A DNA stretch of 64,000 bases from Macrostomum lignano (Eukaryota), in contig NIVC01001831.1 in NCBI GenBank assembly GCA_002269645.1, positions 168,920 through 232,919 of the forward strand. The letters run 5' to 3'. Below, one piece after another: positions 1 through 11,948 of the stretch (its first letter is position 1; the number at the start of each line of letters is the position of its first letter). The notes under the pieces are model-generated. The model saw only the letters and a list, made by a program, of their open reading frames with translations, did not search any database and had not been told where the DNA came from. The position numbers and the translations under genes are program-made.

Positions 1-36
1 CACGGCCGACCGAATTTTGGAGGTTGCGCATGTATG
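1..36. mobile_element. Right end of a hAT-type MITE (same family as 23870-24166), truncated by window start
   Basis: ggccgac..aa.tttggaggttgcgcatgtatg matches the right terminus of the TSD-bounded element at 24134-24166, including the 14-bp TIR gttgcgcatgtatg. Confidence 0.8.
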
Positions 37-344
37 ATGTTTCACTTCTCCTAAAGCCTCAGTACTCAATCTGAGCACAATGTGCTTTCAACTTGGCTCT
101 CTTAAATTTTTACTTAGTAACAATGAATAGTCCTAAATTAAGGATAATGATCAATATGTAATTTTATACTAGGCTAATGCATTATGACTAACTGACTAGA
201 GCCTATATTCCTGCATGTTTGCAGTTGCAGCAGTTGCCTCAATTGTAGTTCATTCTTCCGCCCATTGGCATCTAGCACTGAGCACCCTGCCCCTACACCA
301 TAGTCACTGAATCTCGCATTCTTCAAAGTTATCTCCAATCATCA

Positions 345-2507
345 ATGGGCAACTCGGACAGTCGATCTCGGACACCGTCCGCCCGCATGGACGATGGCGG
401 CCAGCTGCCCGGCGGGGGTCCGCGCCGCGGCGGCTCTCTGGACCTGCCTGACGAGGCTGTTGATTATCCTGCGCTGATCAAGGTGAGCCTGGCCTGGGGC
501 TTCTGTGCTGCTTGGCCTACTGATGAGTAGCGAGAGACGAATGTGAAACGAATTTCTCTGGGCACTGGTAGCTAAACACGAGGGTAAAGTCGTTAATGTC
601 ATTTGTAAGGTCGATCCGCCATTGGCAGATAAAAATTGGGAGATTGGCACTCTACCCCATTTTTCCGGGATCGAGACGAGTGATGCCAAATATGTTATCC
701 GTGCATCAATATGAAATATACATCGTTTAAAGCAGGAAATAAAATTTTGAAAGGTAATAAAAATTGCTGTCTGTTGTTTGAAAAACAAACAAAGGCCTGA
801 GCGCCAACATAGCCGACTAAATCCCGGGCGCCGGCGTCAGCCAGCGGGCAGTGGACGAAACGGCGAGTGAGCGCCTGTCCTCGGCGGTAGGGTGCCTGCA
901 GCGTCAGCGGGGATGATGTGGCCTGCCAGCCGGAGTCGCTGAGGACGCAGCAGGTCGCTTTGATAAACGAGACCGGTGCGACGATGCAGTGCCGTGTTGG
1001 TCACTTGCTCTTCGGCTCGATCTTGAAGGCTGCGCTAAGCTGGCGAGCGGCCGCCGCGGCAGCTTGCCGTTCGGACGAGTCCGTGAGCGTACAGGTCTCG
1101 GCCACGTCAGCATAGTGGCGGACAGATCGTTAATGCCATTTGGCATGACACCGGGGAACCGCAGTAGCCAGTTCCGATTACTAGAGCATTATTTGAAGGC
1201 TCGCAAGGATGCAGCCAGAGTATTTTCAATTTAATCCCCTCAGCAAAGCAGCGTGGAGCAGGAATACGGATTTCGCATTCGGGCTGAGACAATCAGCGAG
1301 CAGCCGGGCGATCACGTGACGGCCAGCAAGCTGCCCACCGTGTTCAAATGGAGCGGCGCTGGCAAGGAAGTCTTTCTTAGCGGGAGCTTCAACAACTGGC
1401 AGGCCAAGATCCCCCTGGTGAAGAGGTGGGTAAACATTAAGGGAATGACCGGGCCTTGGCGTTTGATAGGGAGGCTTGAGTAATGGTGGGGGTCGTTGTG
1501 AGCCCTGGAAATTTCTGGTGCGGTCACCTAGGAATCCAGGACATCATAACTTCAGGTGGGGACATCATGACCCCGGGGAATCCGGATGGGACATCATGAA
1601 CCCAGGGAATTCAGGTGGGCATCCCATCTTGGCCAGCTACTCGAACCCTGTTCCAGCTGCAGTAATCAGTATTACAGTACTCGCACTGCATTCCCGCCCA
1701 ATTGCAGCCAGGACCACTTCTACACCATTGTGGACTTGCCCGAGGGCGAGCACGAGTACCAGTTTATTGTGGACGGCAAGTGGCAGGCCAATCCGAAAGA
1801 GGTAAGCATGCTGTTCGCTTGTTATACGAAAATGTTAGGAACTCTGCTTTTACATCTTTGGCACACGTTCTTCAAACCCCCGGTCAGTAGCCCCTCTCCC
1901 GGCGGTTCATTCCATCGCTAAGCTGCTCTGCATTGATAATCCTGGATTTGGTTAGCTTGCATGGAGCTGTGCCATTCTATCCCTACTGTTGACAGTCGAA
2001 GGGCTGCATGCTCCATTCTACTTACTAAGTAGTTCACACACAATTCCGCCTCGACAGCCGACCCGTCAAAATGCCGGCCGCGGCGGACCGCTTAACAATG
2101 TCCTCGAGGTGAAGTCCTCGGATTTTGAAGTGTTCGAAGCTCTGGCCATGGACATCGCCGAGAGCACGCAGTCCAAGGAGCACGGTCAGTCTGAGGTGTC
2201 CGAGCGCCTGCGGCACCGGTCTGGCAGCCCGCCGGGCCGCTACACCAGCCAGGTGCCTTCTGGCTCCGCCAGGCAGCCGGCCGGGCCGAACCGGGCGCCC
2301 CCGGTGCTGCCGCAGCAGCTGCTGCAGGTCATCCTGAACCGGCCCACCGACTCGCGGCTGGACCCCAACCTGCTGCCCGAGCCCGAGCACGTCATGCTGA
2401 ATCACCTGTACGCGCTGAGCATCAAGGATGGCGTCGTGGTGCTGTCAACTATCCACCGGTATCGCAAGAAGTTTGTTACCACCGTCATGTACAAGCCGTG
2501 CGACTGA
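345..2507 (+). CDS. PRKAB: 5'-AMP-activated protein kinase beta subunit; exons 345-482, 1244-1425, 1708-1801, 2058-2507
   Basis: GT-AG introns join in frame. N-terminal MGN (myristoylation-type), glycogen-binding CBM (PTVFKWSGAGKEVFLSGSFNNWQAKIPLVKS..LPEGEHEYQFIVDGKW) and C-terminal ASC domain (DPNLLPEPEHVMLNHLYALSIKDGVVVLSTIHRYRKKFVTTVMYKP). Confidence 0.95.
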
Positions 2508-3109
2508 GCTCCGCCTGGGTGTGCCAGTAATAAGCGCTGCGTTTTGGTGGCTGGTCCAGTAGATCAGTGTTTTAACCAGATAGATTGGCAAATGTTTTAT
2601 ACTTGCATTGAACTTGTATCCAGATTGTCTTCGTGTATTGTCAGTTGCTCGAGTCACAGTTGCTTTATCTGGCATTAGTCTTATCTGTGTACAGCTTACA
2701 TAATTGCGAGTGGGAGCTATTGTGGAGTATTTTGGAGAATAGGGTGGCTTCTTGCTATGCTATTAAATAGTATCACTAATTTACCTAACGTTGAATTTTT
2801 AGTCTGTAACCAAACTCAATTATTTTTTTCTTGCGCTTCAACAACAATAAGACGAAATGGACGCAATCCAAGTGCTGCAGGGTTATTCATCTCCAGTCAG
2901 TTTGCCTGCTGTTTTTCTGCCATTATATCACCGAAGCGTAATTGTTTTTGCTGGTGCTGTGTTCTCTGCCCATTAGTATTCTATGCTCATATTTCTGTCA
3001 ATTAATTCCCGAGATCAATGCCTTCTAAATTGCCTGACTGCTGACATCTTCACTCAGCCTCCTCTTAATGAATACTCTGCTATCGGATACTATAAAGATG
3101 TGAGCATAT

Positions 3110-3960
3110 GGCTGCTCCGAGGGTAGGAAGTTGGAGGGGTGGCTGCTCTCCGTGGGTAGGAAGTTGGAGGGGTGGCTGCTCTCCGTGGGTAGGAAGTTGG
3201 AGGGGTGGCTGCTCTCCAGGGGTAGGAAGTTGGAGGGGTGGCTGCTCCGGGGGTAGGAAGTTGGAGGGGTGGCTGCTCCGGAGGTAGGAAGTTGGAAGAT
3301 GGCTGGCTTGGGGTAGGAATTTAGGGGGGGGGGCGGCTGCTCCGGGTAGGAAGTAAGTTGGAGGGGTGGCTGCTCCGGAGGTAGGAAGTTGGAAGATGGC
3401 TGGCTTGGGGTAGGAATTTAGGGGGGGGGCGGCTGCTCCGGGTAGGAAGTTGGAGGGGTGACTGCTCTCCGGGGGTAGGAAGTTGGAGGGGTGGCTGCTC
3501 CGGAGGTAGGAAGTTGGAGGATGGCTGGCTTGGGGTAGGAATTTAGGGGGGGGCGGCTGCTCCGCGTAGGAAGTTGGAGGGGTGACTGCTCTCCGGGGCT
3601 AGGAAGCTGGGGGTGGCTTCTCCGGGGGTAGGGAAGTTGGAGGGGCGGCCGCTCCGGGAGTTGGAGGGTGGCTGTTCCGGGGGTAGGAAGTTGGAGGGTG
3701 GCTGCTCCGGGGGTAGGAAGTTGGAGGGTGGCTGCTCCGGGGGTAGGAAGTTGGAGGGTGGCTGCTCCGGGGGTAGGAAGTTGGAGGGTGGCTGCTCCGG
3801 GGGTAGGAAGTTGGAGGGTGGCTGCTCCGGGGGTAGGAAGTTGGAGGGTGGCTGCTCCGGGGGTAGGAAGTTGGAGGGTGGCTGCTCCGGGGGTAGGAAG
3901 TTGGAGGGTGGCTGCTCCGGGGGTAGGAAGTTGGAGGGGTGGCTGCTCTCCGGGGGTAGG
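3110..3960 (+). repeat. G-rich minisatellite, ~30-bp unit GGGGTAGGAAGTTGGAGGGTGGCTGCTCC
   Basis: Directly visible tandem array with variant units. Confidence 0.95.
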
Positions 3961-4464
3961 AAACGGATGCGCTGCAGTTGGTTGTCGCTGATTGAAAATG
4001 TACGATCATAGCTCGTGTATAATCATGTCTTGTACATGTATAATCGTACACTATTCTGGATACTTTGAATGTCTTTTGTGCCTATAAGTAGTGTTATCTG
4101 TATGTAAATTTTGCGTAAACTTAGCTTGATCACGCATCCCCACACTCTATCGGTGACATCATTGAAGAGCCGCTGTCCTATTTATAAAAATTTTTACTCA
4201 AAAGCCTAGCCTAGTTTTATCTGTCTAACACTTTTGGTATCTGAAATGTCATTTTGTTATACAATAAATTCGCTATTTTTTGAGTCCTCCTGCTCTGCTA
4301 GCACTTCTAATAAGCTTTGGAGCAAAGCCACGGAAGCATAAAACCTTTGAAGAATGGTGATGTTGAAGAATCAGTTCTGGAACAGAGAAGTTCTAGTAAA
4401 TATTGTAATATATTCTGGTAAACTTGAGGGGGTGTCTGATAACGTTTAGAGCAAAACGCTCGGA

Positions 4465-5092
4465 AGAAATTCTTGTAATATTGATGGATTGGGTCTTGTA
4501 ACACGGGAAATTCTTGTAATATTGATGGATTGGGTCTTGTAACACAGGAAATTCTTGTAATATTGATGGATTGGGTCTTGTAACACGGGAAATTCTTGTA
4601 ATATTGATGGATTGGGTCTTGTAACACAGGAAATTCTTGTAATATTGATGGATTGGGTCTTGTAACACGGGAAATTCTTGTAATATTGATGGATTGGGTC
4701 TTGTAACACGGGAAATTCTTGTAATATTGATGGATTGGGTCTTGTAACTCGGGAAATTCTTGTAATATTGATGGATTGGGTCTTGTAACACGGGAAATTC
4801 TTGTAATATTGATGGATTGGGTCTTGTAACTCGGGAAATTCTTGTAATATTGATGGATTGGGTCTTGTAACACGGGAAATTCTTGTAATATTGATGGATT
4901 GGGTCTTGTAACTCGGGAAATTCTTGTAATATTGATGGATTGGGTCTTGTAACTCGGGAAATTCTTGTAATATTGATGGATTGGGTCTTGTAACTCGGGA
5001 AATTCTTGTAATATTGATGGATTGGGTCTTGTAACTCGGGAAATTCTTGTAATATTGATGGATTGGGTCTTGTAACACGGGAAATTCTTGTA
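4465..5092 (+). repeat. 41-bp minisatellite GGGAAATTCTTGTAATATTGATGGATTGGGTCTTGTAAC(A/T)C, ~15 copies
   Basis: Near-perfect tandem array. Confidence 0.97.
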
Positions 5093-5468
5093 TCGGAGGA
5101 GGAACTCTAAACTACTGTAAGTAGCACTACGTTAAAGCCATTGATCTGCCAGTATCGCATAGGCAGCTGCAGCAGTATCAATGGTAGTGCTTCAGGCCGA
5201 AGGATGGGAGGATGGCGGATCAAATAAGAGAAGCTCGCAAAACCGGTTCGCCAACTTGATGCTGCTTATGCAGCATATCCGCCAGTCATTGAATGCGCTG
5301 GGCATCGGCAAGATGACTTCCGCAGCTGCTGTTTGGCTCAGGCTCTGAAGTACAATCTATGTAAAATATATTTCTGGGCGCGGGTGCTGTTTCAAAATAG
5401 TCCAGCTAGTGCTGGCATAGTGACTGACAGTCCATTTTTCAGTTACTGCAGCCGCTGGTGCAGCTCCG

Positions 5469-5753
5469 CTAATTTTCACGGCTCCAGTGGCGCCGCTTCA
5501 GCCTGAAAATGGACGACGAGGCTCCGTGTTGCTGCGCGAGCTGCTTGCTCGGCGCGACGTCCGGGCCCAGGTCCTGCAGCAGCAGCAGCTGCTCCAGCTC
5601 GGAGCTGTCCAGGTCGGCACCGCCGTTCAGCAGCTCGGCCAGCCGCTTCATCATCTGGACTTCGTCGTCGGCGGCTGCCGGGGCCGCCTGGCCAACTGAC
5701 GCGAAACTGCAGAGCAGCAGCGCCAAGGCGGCGATCGCTGAGCGGATCGGCAT
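5469..5753 (-). CDS. Candidate secreted prohormone/neuropeptide precursor (94 aa)
   Basis: MPIRSAIAALALLLCSFASVGQA signal-peptide-like N-terminus, acidic spacers, basic sites MMKR and RLKRR; host-like GC-rich codons. Confidence 0.5.
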   Translation of the reverse strand: MPIRSAIAALALLLCSFASVGQAAPAAADDEVQMMKRLAELLNGGADLDSSELEQLLLLQDLGPDVAPSKQLAQQHGASSSIFRLKRRHWSREN

Positions 5754-5904
5754 TCTGGTTGAGGAGGCTGTCGGTCTGCGAGCGTGGGTGGGCAGCCATG
5801 CAAGGTTATCCGTATAGAGAAGCACCGGAAAAGCTGCAGATGGCACACAGACACTGCTAAAAGTATTTGCTCCAATCTGCTTCAGAAACTGTTAGGGCCA
5901 GGCA

Positions 5905-6622
5905 GTCCCGGACCAAGCATCTGCATTGGATCGAAGCACCAGGCCAGGGAGTGTTGGACCAAGTATCTGCATTGGATCGAAGCACCAGGCCAGGGAGTGT
6001 TGGACCAAGTATCTGCATTGGATCGAAGCACCAGGCCAGGGAGTGTTGGACCAAGTATCTGCATTGGATCGAAGCACCAGCAGGCCAGGGAGTGTTGGAC
6101 CAAGTATCTGCATTGGATCGAAGCACCAGGCCAGGGAGTGTTGGACCAAGTATCTGCATTGGATCGAAGCACCAGCAGGCCAGGGAGTGTTGGACCAAGT
6201 ATCTGTATTGGATCGAAGCACCAGGCCAGGGAGTGTTGGACCAAGTATCTGCATTGGATCGAAGCACCAGGCCAGGGAGTGTTGGACCAAGTATCTGCAT
6301 TGGATCGAAGCACCAGGCCAGGGAGTGTTGGATCAAGTATCTGCATTGGATCGAAGCACCAGGCCAGGGAGTGTTGGACCAAGTATCTGCATTAGATCGA
6401 AGCACCAGGCCAGGGAGTGTTGGACCAAGTATCTGCATTGGATCGAAGCACCAGGCCAGGGATTCTTGGACCAAGTATCTGTATTGGAAGCACCAGGCCA
6501 GGGATTCTTGGACCAAGTATCTGTATTGGAAGCACCAGGCCAGGGATTCTTGGACCAAGTATCTGTATTGGAAGCACCAGGCCAGGGATTCTTGGACCAA
6601 GTATCTGTATTGGAAGCACCAG
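5905..6622 (+). repeat. ~46-bp minisatellite CCAGGCCAGGGAGTGTTGGACCAAGTATCTGCATTGGATCGAAGCA, shorter variants at the 3' end
   Basis: Tandem array; overlapping repetitive ORFs in many frames are artefacts. Confidence 0.95.
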
Positions 6623-7345
6623 GTTGATTTAGAAACTCGTTGATCACTCGATCGCGATATTAGAAGTCAGCGTCCAAGTGCGCACGCCTCTAATTTTAAG
6701 GACTTCAGTATTTAAGTTAAGCTGCACCCATGTGCTTTCTTCGTAATCCTACGTAATTTTGCAAAGCTATTGGGAGACCAAATTCGTGCTAAAGCTGGGA
6801 AGCCGCGGCCTCGGCACCTGAGGACTTCTTTGTCAGGCAGCTGAGCAGCCTCACGTTCGGCTCAAGCAGGCCACCATTGTTCTCGCAGTTAAACGCAGCA
6901 ATTACCGCACGCACTCGGGTGAGGCCTGCGATTTCCGCTGGGGTGTTGAAAACTTGAAAATACGGAGGCTGAGGCTCCGCATGGCAGCGGGGCTGCAGCA
7001 GCCCCTGGGGCAGCGAGGCCTGCAACTGCGGCAGCTGGGCGTCACTCCTTTGTTCCCAGAGTCGGCTTCCTATACGAGGCCTCCGTGAAAGCTGACACTT
7101 TCTTTTTCTCTTTGCCGTGACAGCTGCTGTGTACCTTTGACTTGAAGCTGCTTTTGAGCGAAAAATAGGAGTAAATGTTTCACTGACTTCTCTGCGGGGT
7201 ATGGGATAGCCTGGCTGAACAAAAAAAGAATTATCTTTGTGACGATAATTACGGATTCGCTTGGTGGACTCGAAGGGTCACGTGCGAAGTAAATACTCTT
7301 TAGCCTAATCGTTTATTCAGTCTGCCTTGCAATAATTATAAATTT

Positions 7346-7498
7346 AGGTAGGTAGGTAGGTAGGTAGGTAGGTAGGTAGGTAGGTAGGTAGGTAGGTAGG
7401 TAGGTAGGTAGGTAGGTAGGTACAGTGTAGGTAGGTAGGTAGACATGTTTAAGCAGATAGTTAGACAGACAGACAGACAGACAGACAGGCAGACAGGC

Positions 7499-7535
<37 letters not shown>

Positions 7536-7690
7536 GGCAGACAGACAGACAGACAGACAGGCAGGCAGGCAGACAGACAGACAGACAGACAGACAGGCAG
7601 GCAGACAGACAGACAGACAGACAGACAGGCAGGCAGGCAGACAGACAGACAGACAGGCAGGCAGACAGGCAGGCCGCAGACAGGCAGACA
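7346..7690 (+). repeat. Compound microsatellite (GGTA)n then (GACA/GGCA)n
   Basis: Directly visible. Confidence 0.97.
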
Positions 7691-9244
7691 CGCACAGAGG
7701 CTCTCACCTCAAAGCTGCAAAGGCTCGGGTGCTGCCAGTGAATGCCTGCCGGTGCGCGGTGATTTTGCCAATTTTCGTCTCCGACGCCAAGTTGCGCGGA
7801 AATCTTTCATTTGCTGCTCAATTTATCCCACTAGTCTCATCTCGCATCCCCTGCCGATAGGCGAATTTCCAGTCCCCCCTGCTGGGCAGAGGTGAGCTGT
7901 GGGATTGGGCCAAGATGGGAGCGGTTGCTAGGGGCAGCATACGGGAGACTGGGGAGAGGCCTCAGAGCGGGCGTGTCATTTCGGGCGAAGGCGAGCATCA
8001 GATGGGGCGCATGGGGTTCGCCTGCGGCTGTGGGGACAAGAAGGCCGGTGAAGACATGCTGGATATTTATGACTCAGATGTGCTCCGTTCGCGCTCTTCC
8101 TACATAGACATCATCAGCTAAAGGGACGTAGTAGAGACGGGAAAAACAGGAGCATAAATAAAACTGAAAGGGATGGCGAGAGATGAAGAGAGGGTGGAGA
8201 AAATGTGAGAGATTAGAAAAGAGAAGAGATCAGCGGGTAATTTTCGGGTAATATATTAAAGCACAAATCAATAAATGAATGAATTAAAATTGGAAAGGCA
8301 GATGGCGGCACACGCGGGACTTCAATTTATTTCCGGATTCTTCAAAGGCCATCTGAGCGATCAGCAAAAACAGTCAGCCAGTGCAGCTGCTGAATGCCAA
8401 ATCTGAGCTGTAAAATTCATACCTGCCGCATCTCAGCGGCAATCAGCAATCAAAATCGGGAGCACAGCTTCAGTTGCAGATTTTCAAAGCACAGAGTATA
8501 CCATGATTTCGCGTTAAATTTATATCCAAGCTCGCCTCATCCCATTCAGGCTGGGATATCTGGCACAGGCCTATCTGCTCCATTGGATCATTTCCCATTC
8601 TCAACAGGCTCCGAGAAGCTGTGGGGAGCGGAGAGTTGGAGCCGACAACGCTTGCGTATCCCGGCAGCCCAGTAACAACATCCGCAATGCGTCATTAATT
8701 ATTACTGACGCCCCGTCGCTGCCTCTGAGCTGCCGGGCCGTATTTTAAGGACGAGAGGAGACTTTCGCCTCTGCCGCACAGCTCAGCCGCTTACACCTGG
8801 ACAGGTCTCGGCTCTTCGGATCCACTGCGTTCTGTTGCCAATAGCAACCGGTAGGTGAGTGTAGCTGCCGCTTCTATCCATTGACTTGCCTATAATTCTT
8901 ATCTGCCCGGGGCATCGCTGAGCCAGGAGATGTTTGACTTGCCTCTCGAAGCCGTGTTGACAAAAACATTTGTTTAAACAGCAGCGTTTCCGCAATTGAA
9001 GTTGAAAATCAATTTGCTGGAACACAGCGAGAGCCGCTCTCGCTTTGCTAGCGCGGAGGACAAGCGGAGGCCATAGGCGAGTGCTCGAATTGCTAATCCC
9101 CAGACTGGTAATCCCTAGGATTAGGATTGCAGGCTCTCTTGCAGACAGCCAATGCGCCAGCTTAACGGATTATCCTAATAGAAGCTTTGTGCAGGCGGTG
9201 GAGCTGATTGAATACCTGAGTAACTGAGGATCTGAAGAGAGGGC

Positions 9245-9645
9245 GGTGGTGGCCCAGCAACTGAGGATCTGAAGGGAGGGAGGTGGTAGCCCAGCAACTG
9301 AGGATCTGGGAGGCTGGCCCAGCAGCTGAGGATCTGGGAGGATAGCCCAGCAACTGAGGATCTGGGAGGATAGCCCAGCAACTGAGGATCTGGGAGGATA
9401 GCCCAGCAACTGAGGATCTGGGAGGCTGGCCCAGCAACTGAGGATCTGGGAGGATAGCCCAGCAACTGAGGATCTGGGAGGATAGCCCAGCAACTGAGGA
9501 TCTGGGAGGATAGCCCAGCAACTGAGGATCTGGGAGGCTGGCCCAGCAACTGAGGATCTGGGAGGATAGCCCAGCAACTGAGGATCTGGGAGGATAGCCC
9601 AGCAACTGAAGATCTGGGAGGGTAACCTAGCAACTGAGGATCTGA
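9245..9645 (+). repeat. 28-bp minisatellite CCCAGCAACTGAGGATCTGGGAGG(ATAG/CTGG)
   Basis: Tandem array; same family recurs at 17665-18110. Confidence 0.93.
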
Positions 9646-9730
9646 GGGGGCATGGTGGGCCCGGCCAGACTAGCTGAGCAGTCCGACTGACAGCCGAATG
9701 CCAGACGAGATCACGTGACCATGTCCCGGC

Positions 9731-10414
9731 ATGACAGCCGGAAATTCGCATTCGCAGCTTCCGCCATTGACCATCTGGTCCAGCAGCGCCGTCCCCATGG
9801 CAACAGTGGAGCAGCTGCTGCGGGCCTGCCGCTCCGGCCGTCTGTCAGCGGTGACGCAGTGCCTGCAGCTCGGCGCCGACGTTAACGCAGCCTGGCCAGG
9901 CGACCAGACGGACCGGACGCCGCTGCTGGCCGCCCTGGAGGCGGGGCACCAGGAGGTGGCGGAGCACCTGGTCGCCAAGGGCGCCGACGTCGGCAGGCCG
10001 GACAGGAGGGGCTCCACGCCGCTGCACGTGGCCGCCCGCGGCAACAACGTGGCGGGCGTCCGGCTGCTGATCGCCCGCGGCGCCGACCGGAACGCTCAGG
10101 ACGCGGCCGGTCGCAGCCCGCTGATGCAGGCGGTGCAGTCGGGCGCCCTGGCCGCGGCCACCGAGCTGGCGTTGCGCAGCGGGCCGGGACTGCTGCTGGA
10201 GCTCGAAACCCGACCGGGCGGCGAAACGGCCTTCACGCTGGCCGCGGCCACCGGCAGCGTGGCGATGCTCGGCCTGCTGGTGCGGGCGGGCTCCGACATC
10301 CGCCGGGTGAACGGGCGGGGCCGGGACGCGCTGGCGGTTGCTGGGGACCTCGGCAACCAGGCGGCCGAGCGGTTCCTGGCTGAGCTGTACATCCGCAGCG
10401 GCCGCGGCACTTGA
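9731..10414 (+). CDS. Ankyrin-repeat protein (single exon; alternative start ATG 9797)
   Basis: Multiple ankyrin motifs: RTPLLAALEAGHQEVAEHLVAKGADV, GSTPLHVAARGNNVAGVRLLIARGAD, GRSPLMQAV, GETAFTLAAATGSVAMLGLLVRAGSD. Confidence 0.9.
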   Translation: MTAGNSHSQLPPLTIWSSSAVPMATVEQLLRACRSGRLSAVTQCLQLGADVNAAWPGDQTDRTPLLAALEAGHQEVAEHLVAKGADVGRPDRRGSTPLHVAARGNNVAGVRLLIARGADRNAQDAAGRSPLMQAVQSGALAAATELALRSGPGLLLELETRPGGETAFTLAAATGSVAMLGLLVRAGSDIRRVNGRGRDALAVAGDLGNQAAERFLAELYIRSGRGT

Positions 10415-10617
10415 AGCTGGATGGCCCGGGAGCTCTTGCTGACGGACCGGAGCAGCGATGAGCCGCTGCAGGAACTCAGGCTCTACTGCGCTCTTACTGT
10501 ACATGTATTCCAATTTGCTCTGTTTATGTATCGATTTTTGCGTGTATGTTTGAGACCGTCTGCGCGCCACCACTCTTCCAACCCCTATTCTGTCCGCCTC
10601 TCGAACACCCCATTTGT

Positions 10618-11180
10618 TAGTCTGCTGTGTACAATTCTACAGTCTGCTGTGTACAATTCTACAGTCTGCTGTGTACAATTCTACAGTCTGCTGTGTACAA
10701 TTCTACAGTCTGCTGTGTTCAATTCTACAGTCTGCTGTGTACAATTCTACAGTCTGCTGTGTACAATTCTACAGTCTGCTGTGTACAATTCTACAGTCTG
10801 CTGTGTACAATTCTACAGTCTGCTGTGTACAATTCTACAGTCTGCTGTGTACAATTCTACAGTCTGCTGTGTTCAATTCTACAGTCTGCTGTGTACAATT
10901 CTACAGTCTGCTGTGTACAATTCTACAGTCTGCTGTGTACGATTCTACAGTCTGCTGTGTACGATTCTACAGTCTGCTGTGTACGATTCTACAGTCTGCT
11001 GTTACAATTCTACAGTCTGCTGTGTACAATTCTACAGTCTGCTGTGTTCAATTCTACAGTCTGCTGTGTACAATTCTACAGTCTGCTGTGTACAATTCTA
11101 CAGTCTGCTGTGTACGATTCTACAGTCTGCTGTGTACGATTCTACAGTCTGCTGTGTACGATTCTACAGTCTGCTGTTAC
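10618..11180 (+). repeat. 22-bp minisatellite TCTGCTGTGTACAATTCTACAG
   Basis: Tandem array. Confidence 0.96.
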
Positions 11181-11948
11181 AATCTACAGTCTTCAATTTA
11201 GTCTGTTCAGTTGAATTTATCGGAATCTCACTGGGAAAAAATTTCATAATCTCGAAATTTCAGAGTCGAAAACTCTTGTTAGTCTCTTGTTACGCTAGCT
11301 CACAATTGAAACGAAAACGATATGAATCCCGTGAAGTTTCGTCACGTGTTAAAGTGACAGGATGCCTTTTCAAGCCTCTGCGAAGTTCAGAGCTGATGAA
11401 GTTTACTGTGAACTTTCGAGATTCTTCAAAATCTTTATGGAAATTTTAACAAAATAAACCTGTAGAATTGCAGAAAGGCCAATAACTCTATTTATTATTT
11501 AACGCCTTGTATTAGGACAAAATCTAATGCTATATTGACACGCGTGTATTCAATAGTAGTTGAACATTTTCTACACAGCTAATCACTAACTACATGTGTA
11601 ACTACTGCACAGCAATGCATCAATCAGCTTTACAACGCCGAACCGAGATGACGCAAACACGCCAGAAAAGAGGCTCGCGAAGAAGCAGCCAGGATTAGAA
11701 CAAAAAAGCAGACAAAGCCGGTCAGGAAAAGCACTGGCCACCTTAGCTAGGGAAGAAGGCAAATGTAGCTAATCTGATCCCAATTAGGAGAGCGCAGGTG
11801 CCCAGCAGCGCATACTTGAATGGAAATAAAAATCTAATATGATCTGTCAGTTAGCGGCATAAACAGCGGTCGCGTATCCAGTTGACTAAGCAAATATTCA
11901 ACCAAAACAGCGCACAGAAAATATCGCATCTGAACTGCAGGCGGCCAG

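Noticed and set aside
800-1240. GC-rich stretch with short ORFs in AMPK-beta intron 1 (possible alternative exon or nested gene)
   Set aside because: No recognisable domain and no convincing in-frame splice pair
5150-5344. CCISSIKLANRFC as an insulin-like A chain downstream of the prohormone ORF
   Set aside because: Cys spacing does not fit CC-x3-C-x8-C, there are no B-chain cysteines, and joining needs an unsupported frameshift
6789-8121. Short GC-rich ORFs at 6789-7025 (-) and 7915-8121 (+)
   Set aside because: Possibly exons, but no homology or splice chain could be established
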